DNA from: Octopus bimaculoides | Taxonomy: Eukaryota | Assembly (NCBI RefSeq): GCF_001194135.2 | Contig: NC_068983.1 | Span: 158,136,274 to 158,200,273, forward strand | Direction: 5' to 3' | Length of the DNA: 64,000 nt | Shown here: positions 11,835 through 26,121 of the stretch, piece by piece | Layout: each line of letters begins with the position of its first letter | Numbering within the stretch: the stretch's first letter is position 1 | Made by a program: the position numbers and the translations under genes | Notes under the pieces: generated by a model | What the model saw: the letters and a program-made list of their open reading frames with translations, nothing else | The model's database searches: none | Told to the model about the DNA's origin: nothing

Positions 11835-14524
11835 ACAGAGGGGAAACAGAGAGGGGCAGGCTTCTAAAAGAATAATGCTATTTATACACTAAAAATTCAT
11901 AAATATACGAAATAGTGTTGTAACGTTGTCAACGCTGACATGTAGCTACTCAATAATTGTAACTAGCTATTTAAGTAAGAATGTGTGTTGTGTTGTGTAT
12001 AGCGTGTGTCTATACATGCATGCGTACACGCATGTATGTAGATAGACTCATATATTCTTCAACTTTGATATCATGATACTTCATATGCCAGTTTGCTGAT
12101 TTTCCAGTCCCTTTTTTTCTTTCTTAGTTATTTGTATACCCTTGCTTTCTATGTTCAGTTGCTGTAACATGGTTTCTGGTTGGATTGGATTCCTGACACA
12201 GGGACTAATAGCATCCAAGTATGGAAAGTGTGTGATAAATTCGACGTCGATTTTCGCTCCTACTATGTTTTCTACTCAGTACATTTTCTGAAATATTTCT
12301 CCAAACCACAATGCAACTTTTACTAATATCATCGAATATTTGTGTATCGTTTTGAACAATATCGGTACGTAATTATTAGAGCCAGTGTATGCTGAAATCA
12401 TGAGATGCGGCATGGTGGGTGTGAACTATGTTGGCAGATAAACTTAGTGGGTCGTTGGCGAATACCACTAGATGCTGAGCGGATGAACAGACAACAAACT
12501 GTCGACGTCCTGGATCAACCAGTTCAGTTAGTGAACTACTGCTATCGTCTGTAATTGTGGTGTGTGCAGACGAAATGTTAATGCTTGCGAAAGACCTATG
12601 TGGCTAAAATTCAGGCCAGACATTCAATTCTCATCACTCAATCGGAACGTCTGGCTTAGAAGAGTTATATTGATCCGAGTAAATCGTCCGACCTTGATGG
12701 ATCATGAAATTACTGGACATCTTTTCCTCCTCCTTTGATATCTATTCATATTAAGATGCATGTAGGAACATGCATAGATAGTCTGTGTAGTCTGTCTATT
12801 CTTTATATTACTCATTAATTCGACATTAACAACATATATAAACACCCTTTCATTGAGGTGAAAAGTGATACAGTTGTAATCGAAAGCTTCTACATACATT
12901 TATTTTCAGCTGCTTTAAGAATCACAGGAAAATATATGAATGGCAGTTCAACTTCATCTCAGTCAATAAACACTTAATTATTACATATCTCTGAAAATTT
13001 CATCGCCATCTAATATTTTATAAAATCTATGGAACTATCTTCACTTTCTTCAGTTAGTCACTTTTCCTTCTTATTCTACTTTTCTTTCTATAAAAAATTT
13101 ATGCCATTATTCTGAATCAACAGATATCTAATAAACAAATTGACATGCCAAACCGAGTTACATTGTGACTAATATTAAAACTACTTGTACTGGTTTAGGT
13201 TCAAAGGTTACTGGAAATAGTTCATTAAAAAGCAATAAATTTAATTTATCCATGATTCAACTTTACATGTAATTTTATAATTTGTGATTTCCCTCATAAA
13301 AATAGAAATTAATTTCTTATCTGCTCATTTAAGCATGTTTTGTTACGCAATCCCAATGTTTAGCCATTGTCTTTCAATAAATAAATAAAAACACTGAACC
13401 TATTAGATAGTGAAACAGGCAAGTATCTGAAGATACCCATCAAATTAGGAATTCAAAGTTGGGTTCGGTGAAAAACTCTAATTAGATTTTATGCTGTATG
13501 AATTCGATGATAACAAAGAAGACTGGCATGATAAACATGTCGATATATTATTTTTAGGGCTAGTAATACTTCTATGTTCTGTTATCTGTATGTTTATTTC
13601 TGTTTAGTGACACTTTCTCTGACCCATGTTTCATTTTACGTCATCCATTTTAAATATATCTTATCAGATGCTGCACTTGTTTCACTGACCATAAATGATT
13701 TCTGTTTACCTATTGTATTACGTTTCATATCTTGAATTAAGATGAAATCTGATGTAACTCTAGTTAGAATTTCAGAGGGTAGCCATTCTTTTATGAACAT
13801 TAGGTTTTCTCATGTGGTCATTGGTCGTAAAATCTTTGGGTGAAGATAAGACATTTTCATTTGTTTATTTATCAAAGCACTATCTTTCATTTGATCTTCA
13901 ATGACATTAGACAGTAATTTGACATGATCATTTCGCCTGTGTTACTGTTGAAGTTATTTGATATGTATCTAGTTTATATTCTTTCTGCGTGACGATATGT
14001 GACGAGCGTTTCAAAACAATGTGTTGGTACTGCCTTTATATTCAAACGGAAATAGCCACATGTATCCCATTTCTTCTATAGCTGTAGACTTCACTAACTT
14101 TCTACGCAATCTCGTAAACACATTTATACACACAAAAGATGTCATTGTGTGTTTTATGAGTAATGCCTGAGAAAGCACTTATATTTTATAGTGCTTACTT
14201 ACTTTAACAAAAATCCAATATATTACTTTCTAATTTAATTGTTCAAGACAAAGAGAAAAACATCGTTAAAAACAAGTAATTTGCTTAAATAAATACATCA
14301 AATGTTTAATATACTACATATTTTCAAAATACATAGGCATCTCAGTTATTATTTTTATCATTTCTATTAAAGGTTTTCTCGCCCCGGTTCATAAGTTTGG
14401 TTTTGATGATATCTAAGCGAGTNNNNNNNNNNNNNNNNNNNNNNNNNNNNNNNNNNNNNNNNNNNNNNNNNNNNNNNNNNNNNNNNNNNNNNNNNNNNNN
14501 NNNNNTATATATATATATATATCT

Positions 14525-14632
14525 GTTAGATGTCAACCCATCGTTGGTAACAAAATAGAATTAACAAATATCCTGTCAATGTTACAGTATTACTATTCAT
14601 CCATCAATAGATTGTACCAGTCTGTCTCAGAC
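14525..14632. repeat. Unclassified interspersed repeat, second copy at ~62200-62298
   Basis: agatgtcaacccatcgttggtaac...ttaacaaatatcctgtcaatgttacagt...atagattgtaccagt recurs near 62200. Confidence 0.7.
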
Positions 14633-16639
14633 GTCTTTCTAAGTAGACTGTATCGACTCGGTTGACTTCTCAATGAACGATTACAGATAATGGAACATCA
14701 GCCTTTCATCTATTTGTCCGGTACACTACAGGGTTTTCTCCGGTGGTGTTCAGGAAATGATAAATTATGAAAGGCAAATTGCTAACCGTTTTAAAATGAA
14801 ATTTTGCTTGAATAATTTTGCTAAACACATAAAATAATTTACCATTTTCTTGTTCAGAACATATTTGTTAATGAACAATGTGATTATATAGTCTAACTCA
14901 TTATAGTTTGATAATGATGCTTTTCATTTTAATGTGGAATCCCCTTTACAACCAGGTTGCATGATAACATTAATGATAATACGACCTGGCTGTATATAGA
15001 AAATATTTCTGTCGAAGTGTGATATTGATCTTACTACTTTGAGTTCGAACCCTTGAATAGAATATAAAAATATGAAAATACAGGAAATGTGATTTGTTTC
15101 CAAAGATGTACTGGAATAAACGAAATTGAAATAAACAGCATTCATGTTTATCTTTCAATTTATTCAGCCTCTTTGTTAATAATTTACTGCTTATTCGGGC
15201 GTAGTAAAAAGAACATAAAACATATAAAAGAATGAAAATTGAATAAATGAATGGATTTTTATTGTTGATGTTATTATTTCGCTCTATTTTCACGAACACC
15301 ACCACTTCAATTTTACTTGCTTTTACAGTTTTCTAAAACGGCGTGACTATGTCAGAAACAATTATTCTGTCTTACCGAAAGTTACATTTTATCATGCATC
15401 TCTTACTAAAGATTAGAAATCTTGCTAGCTCTAAATGAATATTTCAAGGTGTCATTTTTAGAAAGCGGACAGGCTACCGGGATAGCAGAGATAACCTATG
15501 TTGACCCAGAGATTTGGCTAACTACGTTCGAGACAAACCATACAAAGGTCAAATCATTGCGAAGAAGGATCAGGTCATGAGATGGAGATACCTGAAAATT
15601 ATACATCTCCTGTACTACTTACTGTGAATAAGAACTTTATATCGCTCACAAAGCTAACATGAATGCCAACAGATCCTTACTGTCAATTAGTTTTATAACT
15701 GTGAAAGATAGTGGCTGTCAATTTGAAATCAGATAAGATTTTGATTATTGCCGTAGTAGTATGTCATTTTATAAATACCTAAACGGAACATTAACATGTC
15801 GAATAGCTTTCAGTAAGTTCACAAAAGTGAAATAGTTTCTGCTGTTTCATCGAGACAGAATGAAAATCAATTAGATACACTGTATACCTAAAATGTGTAG
15901 CTTTGTATTAAACTGAGAAACATTTTTTTAAAAACTTGATGATAAATGACCGAATCAGTGAAGTGTCTAACAATATTGCTTTATATTATTTTACATGTCC
16001 TTTTATATTGTAAGTTCAGATATTGTTAAGGTCGACATTGTATTTCATCTCCGAAAGGTTGAGAAAAAAGTGAGTCAAATATATGTGGTCAAATAAATTT
16101 GTGTGTAGTCTTGTGTTAATGCTAAAAATTATAGGTAATTTCTATTAATGGTTTATTTATTTTTTTGTTTCTATTAAAAGTATTTACAGTTGCTGATATT
16201 TGTTTCAGACCTATATAGTCATAAGGTCAGAGTTTATTCGCATTTTCAAGGTATTCAGACTAAGAGTACAAAGTCTGCAGCATTAATCTGCTTCTGAGTA
16301 TCACAGACACTCATTTTTAGCTGAGGGCACCGTATCAACGTGAAATAAAATGTCTTGATGAAGAATATAGCTAGCTACTCGGATCAGGAATCGAATCCAA
16401 CACCTAACGATCCTGAGACCAAAATCCCAGCCACTTCTCCATCTACCTTCACGGTTGCGTGACAAGCTTTCAAAGTAAAAACATTAGCATTCATTTACTC
16501 AATATTTTAAGTGAAAATGAATTAATTATAAGTGACTTCATATTCTGTGAGTGTTCCTCACGATCTGTAAAGATTTCAATTGAAAGTAGTATTTCGACTC
16601 AAGATTTATTGATATACATACATGCACATAGTCATAAAT

Positions 16640-16815
16640 ACATACACACATGTATGTATGTATGTATGTATGTATGTATGTATGTATGTATGTATGTATG
16701 TATGTATGTATGCATGCATGTATGTGTATGTATGTATGTGTGTGTGTATGTATATATGTATGTATGTGAGTGATTGTGTGTGTATGAGTGTTTGTGTGTG
16801 TGTGTGTGTGTGAGT
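16640..16815. repeat. (ATGT)n/(GT)n microsatellite
   Basis: Directly visible. Confidence 0.95.
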
Positions 16816-17789
16816 ATACATGGAGGTGTATATATGTAAACTGACAAATACAAAGTGAGAAAACTTTATTGGCATAAACTTATATCAATCGGTGTATACA
16901 TACTGGAATTTTAACAGGTTTTTGATTATCTGTTTCTAATCAATAGAATTTTTCCATAGAAACTGTTTTGTGTATTATACCTATAATTATCATTTGTTGA
17001 TTGTTACTCCAGATATTGAACACAAAAATATTTTGCTAAAGTAGCTGCGGAATTTAGAACAAGGTAATTGTCTTGTCAGTTAGTGCTTTAAACTACTTAT
17101 CAGATGGTTACTGATTCAACTTTTCTTTGGAAGAAGAGTAGTTTTAGGACGTCTGCTTTTCTTTTCTTAACCTATTCCTGTCATTCAGAAGGAAAAAAAA
17201 TCTTCCTCACATTCATTTTTTATCAAGTAAATCCAGGTTATGAAGCTACAAATGTTGACGTTTACCAGTACGTGTTTAACAAGGAAAGTGAAAATATATC
17301 GAATGAATATAGAGACAGTTGCAAACGTACAGAAATCTAACGACATCGTGAAGTGACCATTTGCAAGGATTGTAATGATATAAAAACAAATGGAATATAG
17401 AATAGTCTTGTGATCACAGTATTTTATTTAATTGAACATAAAATCTAAATTCGGTGTTTGATAATAACAAATAAATTATTGTTATTTACGCTAGTAAACC
17501 TATGAATTGCATACACTGATGACTCCACCTTGTTGGTTATTCTAAAAAAAGAAAATCTGAGTTATTTTCGACCTTTCGTCACATGTCAAAACCTCTTTAT
17601 AACATTAAATGCATCTTCCTGTTGCTTGCGATATTTAGAACAATTAACTGTTATTTATTCTCTTATTGCCACTAGTGTTTACAATCGTCGAACTCAGAAT
17701 AGCTGTTTGTAACCTTTATGAATGGATTTATAATTTTACTTAACACACACGCACAAACAACATATGGACGCACACTCATGCAAATCTAA

Positions 17790-18030
17790 TTTCATTATCA
17801 TCCGGTCGTGCTTATTGCACGGCTCGCCGTGACTCGTTCTCTCCAGTCTGTCCGGTCTGCCATTGCACATGGTAGGTCTTTTCGGTTGCATTCGGAGTCC
17901 TCTCACAGTTGCTTTATATAGCTTCAATGTAGTCTGCAACATTTGCTGCGGTTCTCTCAAATCCAATTTATGTGTAAAATATTCCAAACTTTCTCTATTC
18001 ACATTTCTGGCAATGATAACATACATGATT
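17790..18030 (-). mobile_element. 3' end of RTE-type LINE
   Basis: Minus frame QL*EDSECNRKDLPCAMADRTDWRERVTASRAISTTG* resembles the RTE terminal D-R-x-x-W-R-x-R-V motif. Confidence 0.7.
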
Positions 18031-18087
18031 ACTTATGACCACACGCACGCACACACACACACACACGCACACACACGCACTCTCTCT

Positions 18088-18155
<68 letters not shown>

Positions 18156-18529
18156 ACACACACACACGCTAACAGAAGTTTATCACGTATACACTGGTGT
18201 ACTAAGAAGATATGCTAATATATCCAGAAATGCATGTATGCACGCGTTATATATAAATACTAATATAACCCAGATATTGGCTAAGTCACATCCACATATT
18301 GGGAAATACTTGGAACTGTCTCGACTGCAACTAATAGGCTTTGTTGCTTTGTGACTAACTGGTATGAATTTTGCGAACAAATAATTCAACATATATATAT
18401 CAAAAGAAAAACGGAAAATCACATATACACACATTCGCGCGCTAACACACGCGTATGTATGTATGTATGTATGTATGTATGTATGTATGTATGTATGTAT
18501 GTATGCATGTATGTCTCTTCTATTTTTTA

Positions 18530-20640
18530 ATTATTATAAATCTTCCACTGAGGAGGGAGCCGGTTTCCAACAAAGATACAAGGTTCCATCTTTGGGATAT
18601 AGTTAACACAGACAAATTCACATTTGGAACTTGAGAAAATTCTTGCATATTTTTACTGTTACACTCACAGATTGGACTTGTTATGTATGAATCAGCCGGT
18701 CAATTTCTCTTTCTGAAAATCCCAGTTTATCCAGATTATCCTTTAAGCATTTACTAACAAAACCTAGTGCTCCAATTATTATTGGTATGAAAATGAATTC
18801 ATAGTCTGGATATAGAAGCTAGCGGTTTCAAAGATATCCTCTTTTTCTTTGATTTTCAAAGAGATATCTATATCTGCGGGGCAGCTAACCCTCTGTCCCA
18901 AACAACAATATCCGGCGTGTTATGCTTACATTTGACAGAAGTTTTGATGGGAATTTTCCATCAGTATTCCTTGAGTTGATGTTTATGAATGTATTCCATA
19001 GCAGAGGAATTTTCTAAGTTTATTCCAGGACAGTCCTTTTTGCGAATGACATTGTAAATTGTTTTAGCAACAACATCGTACTGCATAGGGGGGTAGTACC
19101 GTGACGACATTTTAGGACAGCTGCTAATCACATGCGTGATGTCTTCCACAGAAACATGACATAGCCTACACATGCGGTTAGACCTTGGGATTACAAGAGC
19201 GTCACTGTTTCTCTTGTTCACCAGGTACTTTGCAGCAATCTCCTGTTTCTGGATTGCAAACACATAACCTTCAAAGTGTGATGTGATGTAATGGTCTTGT
19301 GTCCAAAAGATGCAACGCTTCGTGTCAATTCTACTGTCTTCTTCAAGCTTCTGGGCAGCATACCCATGCATATTCCTTTTTTTGTATTCTGAGTGTTTTC
19401 CATCCAGGTCTCTGAGCTAAGAGAGCCCAGCTGTTTTGGGGCTGTATAGATCATCAGGAAGAGAGTGCTTCTTGAGGAGTTCACTGTCAACTCGTACAAT
19501 GTTGCTAACTTCACTTTTCAGGACTGCATTAATATATATATTTTTTTTGCTGCTGTTGTTCAGCAGGAGCTACCTGAGTGATACCATACGGTATTCGAAT
19601 GCTATCTGCATTGACCTCAGGCTTCTACCACCTTCATTTCTTCTTAGGTAGAGACTGTCAACATCACTGTTTCTGTAGGATTTCCCAGTTGTTGTCAGGA
19701 TTTTGCGGGTTTTGATATCCATGGAGTGGATTTCCTCTGCAGACTAATGAAGTATCCCAAATGTTGGGATCAGCACTGGTACTGCAAATGCATTGTGGGA
19801 TATTGCTTTCTTGTTAGAGGAGAGTTCCGACTGCCATATTTTCCTAAATCTGGTGTAATATTCTCGGGTCACTCGGTCTTTATTCACAGTGCCTTCATAT
19901 GATACATTGTCGTCTATGCCTAGGTACTTGTAACATTCTTTGTATAGAATGAGGGAGATAGAGAGACCGTTAATGCACAGGTTTGGGGTTTGGGGGACTG
20001 ACTTTCCTTTTTCTATAACCAAATATGAACATTTCTTTTGGCCGAATTCCATGCCTATACCAGCTGAAAATGTTATTAATTCCAGTTGTTTTTGGCATTG
20101 TTAACGCTTTTAGCATGAATCTTCAGGTCGTCTACAAAGAAATTATGAGTTACATTGATATTTCTGGCAGTTGAAGATCCTAGCATGTAACCATTTGTTT
20201 TCTGCAGTAGGAACGATAATGCCAAAATGAAAAGAAGTACCGAAAGATCCCTGGAATATTCCCTTTGTAATGTCTATATTATTAGGAACAATCATTCTGT
20301 TTTCAGTTGTAAGGGTAAGAATTGTTGTCCATGTCTTTGTGAGTCTCTCTATAGCAGCGATTAAGGTAGTAGGTACCTTTGCCAGATGTGGGCACTCCAA
20401 CAGCCATGAATGAGGGATAGAGTCGAATACCTTTCCAGGGTCAAGCCATACTGCACAAGGTTTCATGTATGTATGTTTGTGAACGGGCCCGCTTGAAATA
20501 TGCACCTGTAGACTGACGAAGGAGAACGAGGAGAAGATAGTTTTCCCTATCTTTGGGGAATTTTCTTTTTCGATTGTCTTTTGCTTCTTTGTTTCTTTTC
20601 CTTTTTGTTATTTTACTGCTTACACGCCTTCGTGTAATCC
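18530..20640 (-). pseudogene. Degraded R4/Dong-clade LINE ORF (RT, CCHC knuckle, RLE) with 3' UTR
   Basis: Motifs in order: WLDPGKVFDSIPHSWL, KGIFQG, FVDDLKIHAK, YKYLG, CRLCHVSVEDITHVISSC, TPDIVVWDR, IPIIIGALG; many frameshifts and stops. Confidence 0.9.
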
Positions 20641-20651
20641 CACAATCATAT

Positions 20652-20918
20652 ATCAAAGCCCAAAGAATTCCTCTCAACACATGGCTATGATGCTCCCCCA
20701 CTACTTCTTCTCATGATCAGAGATGCACGTATCGTCAGCCACCAAGGGACATGCTCAACTGGCTAAGGTCAAACAACTTACAAGCAAATCTGAGGTATTA
20801 AGCAGAATATTTGCTGTAGCCCATCTTTTATACCAAAACAAAACAACGTACATGATAATACTTCCGATCGATTAAGATCAGAAGCCATGAGAGCTACTGC
20901 CTGGTACTGCATCAGAGC

Positions 20919-20921
<3 letters not shown>
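20652..20921 (-). mobile_element. Half copy of the ~560-bp (AAT)n-embedded element, fused to the 5' side of the Dong LINE
   Basis: Aligns to about 50325-50590; abuts (ATT)n at 20922 onward. Confidence 0.85.
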
Positions 20922-20988
<67 letters not shown>

Positions 20989-21394
20989 ATTATTATTATT
21001 ATTATCATAATATTGTCATCATTATGTTTATTATTATTACTATTGTTATTACAGTTGTTGTTGTTGTTGTCGATGTTGTTGATGTTGTTATCTACATCAT
21101 CCTAAGGAGGGGATGGTGCCTCACATTTCAAATGTTGCCACATTTCTGAATATAGATTCAAGTAACTACGCAAATTGTCGGTTGTCAAGTTTACAACTGC
21201 ATTCAGCCTCCAGCTGTCTTCAATAACGCAGGCACCGAAGTCTCAGGTGTATACGTCAGTCTGTACAAACATCAACATAACAAACATCGTGCACAGCCCT
21301 CAATAGGCGTCTATCGTACAAGTATTTATTTATTTATTGTTTTTAGTGCAGAAACGGACTCTGAATGAAATAGGCACTAACCTGTCCTTACATT

Positions 21395-21645
21395 GTGGAG
21401 GCGCGTGGCTTAGTGTTTAGGGTGTCAGCACCATGATCGTGAGATTATGATTTTGATTCCTGGACCGGGCGACGCGTTGTGTTCTTGAGCAAAACACTTC
21501 ATTTCACGTTGCTCCAGTCCACTCAGCTGGCAAAAATGAGTAACGCTGCGATGGACTGGCGTCCCGTCCAGCTGGGGCACACACGCCATTAAAACCGGGA
21601 AACCGGGCCCATTAGCCTGGCTAGGCTTTAAAGGGGCGCAAGGCG
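21395..21645 (+). mobile_element. tRNA-derived SINE with V-like core, 12-bp TSD
   Basis: A-box gtggcttagtgtttagg, B-like tttgattcc, gctgcgatggactggcgtcccgtccag; TSD tgtccttacatt at 21383-21394 and 21646-21657. Confidence 0.85.
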
Positions 21646-21739
21646 TGTCCTTACATTAGAGAACTCGCGTGTTTGACACAAACAACCCCATTCTATGATT
21701 CCAAATATATAATAGCTGTAATGTTCTCTCCTACCATTT

Positions 21740-22000
21740 ACTTGAAAAGGATCGCTTTCTCCTCTTAACGGCGTTCCCATTACATGGGCAGAAGCATTTT
21801 AAGTCTCTGATGTTCTCCAGGTGATTTCAGTGTTTCCTGAAGAGCCATGTACTAATGCTTAATAAGTTTGCAAATAGCCACTAATAGGTTGGACATGGCG
21901 TGTGGCTGTTTTGGCTTCTTATATAGGTAGTAAGTTTTCATTGCCTGGAACCATTTCAGTTTTCTTAATAAAGAAACAATCACCATTCTTCAAGGATCTT
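21740..22000 (+). mobile_element. Heavily degraded CR1/L2-like LINE fragment
   Basis: LNGVPITWAEAF* resembles the RT segment before KYLG; RLDMACGCFGFLYR downstream; many stops. Confidence 0.35.
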
Positions 22001-22159
22001 AGAAACTTTGAGCTTTCTGAAATGAAAATATGTAATAGGTTATCTGATAGTGCTAGGGTTCTTATATGATGGATTTCTGGAAATCGCGTGCATAATCAAG
22101 ATCAATTAACTTTATTGTTGTTATTTTAATGTTATTGCTGATCTCAACTTCGTCGTGTA

Positions 22160-22382
22160 TTAATACCGATTTCAAATTTTGGCACAAGATCAGCAAGTCT
22201 GAGGGACTGGGTTAGTCGATTACATCGACCCCAATGTTCAACTAGTACTTATTTTATCGATCCCGAAAGGATGAAAGGCAAAATCGACCTCAGAGGAATT
22301 TGAACTCAGAACGTGCAGATGTACGAAATGCCGTTGAGCATTTTGCCTGGATTGCTAACGATTCTGCCTGCTCGCTACCTTA
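22160..22382 (-). mobile_element. Meta-like SINE
   Basis: Reverse complement of the family consensus. Confidence 0.85.
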
Positions 22383-22849
22383 CGTCGGAGATTAATATTG
22401 CTTTACACATCTTGAAAGGAACTATTTAGCCATAATTCTGCTGTATTATTGATTATTAACAGAGATAAAATGTCTCATATTTCTTGGGAGCTGGGTTGTC
22501 GACAAAAGAAAGTATCAAAAGTACCAGTTTTTGATTTTGACTTGAACTTTATTGCATCAACTAATGTTTACATAACGTCGTTCTGTTCACTGGTTAGAAA
22601 GATAAACAAGTCTTAAACGTAACTGCATTGAATAAGCTCATAACATCTAGTATATCAGTGAATGTATAAGATAATGAAATGGACAACGATCTTATTCTAT
22701 ATTTAAATTTAACTTGAATAACTGTTTAGAGCCAAGGAATCAAAACTGGAGATGTTAGTACAAGCCGAGAAATAAATACCTTTCGGTTAGAGCAGTCAAC
22801 TATTAGCAATATCTAACAAATGTGTTAATATCAAGCATCTGTAAAGCAA

Positions 22850-23036
22850 AGAGCCGGGCGAAATACATGTCGGCATTTCGTCCATCTTTACGTTCTGAGT
22901 TCGAATCCCGTTGTGGTCGACTTTATCTTTCATAACTTCGGGTTCGATAAAATAAGTATCAGACGTGCACTGGTGTCGATGTAATCGACTTGCGCACTGC
23001 TCCGAAATTGCTGGTCTTGTGTCAAAATCTGAAACC
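22850..23036 (+). mobile_element. Meta-like SINE (5' truncated)
   Basis: ccgggcgaaatac...ctgagttcgaatcccg...gtgtcaaaatctgaaacc. Confidence 0.8.
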
Positions 23037-24203
23037 TATATCGAGCATCTGTAATTCAAAGATGACAATCCTTTGAAGATGGACATGTTACAGGCTTAAT
23101 AAAACATTTCAAATCCAGATTTTAAGTCAAGAAGATCATGATTAGTAAATAAAACTTCCCTATCCAGCTATCATTTGAATCGGTTGCATATCAGAATTAA
23201 TTTTAGCTTTGTATCTCTATGTAATTCATTCCTTGCAATCAAAGCTTGCTTATGAAAACGCCGTCAGTATCTTTCATCGGTAGATTGATAAGATGTTTAG
23301 TGAAAAAAAGAATGATCACAAAGCAATTGACATTTAGTTGCTTTGAGTATTTACAACTTTATATCTTTGCTTTAGTGTTTAAGAAAAATTTATTCCCGAG
23401 ATAATTTGGATATACAGTAGATATTTAGTTACACCCTTTCTTGTGTAATGTGAGGCCGGCAAATGTAGCAATAAATCTCACTCTATCATAAGTCAACTTC
23501 CTAGAAGCCTTGAAGAGTTACGTATCTTGCCAAACAACATGACACATCTCTACAAAGAAATATGGCGTCGAAATAGAAAATTCATTGTAAACGAAACTGT
23601 TAGTGCAGTTTAGAATATAAAACCAACTACTGTATAAAGACAAAACAAAAGAAACTTTAAACATAAATATTATTTATTCATATTGCAAGGAAATAAAAGC
23701 TCGTGGAATGAGCTATTAATGCTCTTTATTTTTTCTAGCAGTTTGTCTCTCAACTAGATCTAGGTTAAAGATATAAAAGAAACGAGACTGCTCCCGCAAC
23801 TCTGTTTTGGGCAGGGAAAGTAATAACCAAGGTCACAATTTGGTTATAATGTACAGAAAAATACAGAATATCTACTAAAAGAAGGAAAAATGGATATATA
23901 CGTTTAGTTAACATATTATTGGTTTCATCTTCAAGGCATATATATGTATGTTATATATATATATATATNNNNNNNNNNNNNNNNNNNNNNNNNNNNNNNN
24001 NNNNNNNNNNNNNNNNNNNNNNNNNNNNNNNNNNNNNNNNNNNNNNNNNNNNNNNNNNNNNNNNNNNNNNNNNNNNNNNNNNNNNNNNNNNNNNNNNNNN
24101 NNNNNNNNNNNNNNNNNNNNNNNNNNNNNNNNNNNNNNNNNNNNNNNNNNNNNNNNNNNNNNNNNNNNNNNNNNNNNNNNNNNNNNNNNNNNNNNNCATA
24201 TAT

Positions 24204-24247
<44 letters not shown>

Positions 24248-24476
24248 CATTATATAAGGCCAACACTGGAAATCTTGAAAACATTGTAATACTATTATTT
24301 AAATTAAATGTTCCTTAATAATTAGAATGCTGTCTTCTATTGCTTTAATTACATGGAACAAATTTATAATAAATAAACTGGAACATCTTTTTGTTACACA
24401 TTTATGTTCTTTATGTATGTTCTTTAATGCATTTGTATCAGATGGAGTTGAATGACACACTAGGCATATGTTTTAT

Positions 24477-24717
24477 ATATGTCAATTATACACATCTGCG
24501 CCTATAACATCCAGATGATTATNNNNNNNNNNNNNNNNNNNNNNNNNNNNNNNNNNNNNNNNNNNNNNNNNNNNNNNNNNNNNNNNNNNNNNNNNNNNNN
24601 NNNNNNNNNNNNNNNNNNNNNNGATTATATACGTCAATTCTACATATCTGCGCCTATAACATCCAGATGATTGTATATGTCAATTGTACATATCTGCACC
24701 TATAACACCCAGACATG
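24477..24717. repeat. ~46-bp minisatellite, at least 3 copies, interrupted by a gap
   Basis: Unit atatgtcaattatacacatctgcgcctataacatccagatgattat at 24477, 24628 and 24674. Confidence 0.85.
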
Positions 24718-24881
24718 TCTATCTTGTAAAATTCCTAAATATTCCTTAATGCTGTTCATTCTATTTCGAAACTTCTCTCAAGTTTGCTGGCATCGTTTAC
24801 TAGCGTTTCTTCTTTTTTCTCTATTTCTAAATTTTGCTCCATCTTTTTTTGTAAACACAATAGTTTACGTGATGTTATATA

Positions 24882-25086
24882 CTTAAGGCCTGAAATTTTG
24901 CGGGAGGTGGTTAGTCGATTACATTGGCTCCAATGCTCAACTGGAACTTATTTCATCGATCTCGAAAGGATGAAAGGCAAAAACCGACATCGGCGAAATT
25001 TAAACTCAGAATGTTGAGACAAATGAAATGCCACTAAGCGTTTTGCCCGGTGTGCTAACGCTTCTACCAACCAGCTCGTTGCCTTT
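24882..25086 (-). mobile_element. Meta-like SINE
   Basis: Reverse complement of the family consensus. Confidence 0.8.
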
Positions 25087-25377
25087 CCATATGATTTAAT
25101 AATAATATATAATATGATAATTTAAGTTTAAGAAATCCATATGTTAAAGCTTCTTTAGAGTTGAAATTCAGTGGTAAGAACCAAAGTAAAAGTTTTTATG
25201 TTTTCATTCTCATCCGCCTGTACGCTCAGTTCAAATTTTGATATATTCGTTGTTTCCTTTCACTTGCTATCGCGGACAAGAAATATATTCGGGAATCATA
25301 CTACGGTTAATTCAACTGACAATATCCTACAATATCTGACTGTATACCCTGCCAAATGAAAACAATATTGGGCGATG

Positions 25378-25620
25378 GAGGAGGCGGTGAGCTGGCAGAA
25401 ACTTTAGCATGCTGCAGAAAATGTTTAAAGCGGCGAGCTGGCAGAATCGTTAGCCTGCTTCGTCCAACTTTACGCTCTGAATTCAAATTGCGCCGAGGTC
25501 GACTTTGTCTTTCGTCCTTTCGGATTCGATAAAGTAAGTACCAGTTGAGTCCCGGGGTCGATGTAATCGACTTACCCCTATGCTGAAATTGCTAACCTTG
25601 TGTCAAAATTTGAAACCAAT
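25378..25620 (+). mobile_element. Meta-like SINE with duplicated head
   Basis: gaggcggtgagctggcagaaactttagc followed by aaagcggcgagctggcagaatcgttagc. Confidence 0.8.
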
Positions 25621-26080
25621 ATTATGATATGGGCCTAAAATTTTCTTAACGGATAATATCTAAGTAAACAATGGATATATTTAGACTCTCATTCATTTAT
25701 GACATTAGAGGCGATCGTAGACGTGCAATTTGCCAAGCTAGTTACACAGTTTCGATAATTCGCTGCAGTAATTTCATTCAATTTAAGCTCATAATACTTT
25801 AAAGTCTACACAAACGTAATGCAGTTTCTTTTCAGTCTCCTTTAAATTTGAGTTCAATAAAACATTAATTAATATTTTGAAGATCATAGAGATGAATTTT
25901 GAAAAATAATGAATTGATATAAATATATAGTTGCATTTACATGCATAAGACACGCACAAACACATACACGGGGTCACAGAAATACACTTCCACATCCATA
26001 GTCACCCAGGTCTCACACATGCTTACATGTATATACTTTAATATATGTGTATGTGTGTGTGTGTGTGTATATATGTATGC

Positions 26081-26121
<41 letters not shown>

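Noticed and set aside
15455-15585. Possible exon xSGQATGIAEITYVDPEIWLTTFETNHTKVKSL
   Set aside because: It has an acceptor-like site but no good donor, no recognisable homology and stops soon after.
21395-21470. tRNA genes at SINE heads (also 30830-30897, 60550-60620 and others)
   Set aside because: A/B boxes are present, but there is no acceptor stem closure and each continues into a SINE body.
21960-22110. LRR-like peptide IRTLALSDNLL on the minus strand
   Set aside because: A single repeat in a short start-less frame; the opposite strand is better explained as a decayed LINE.
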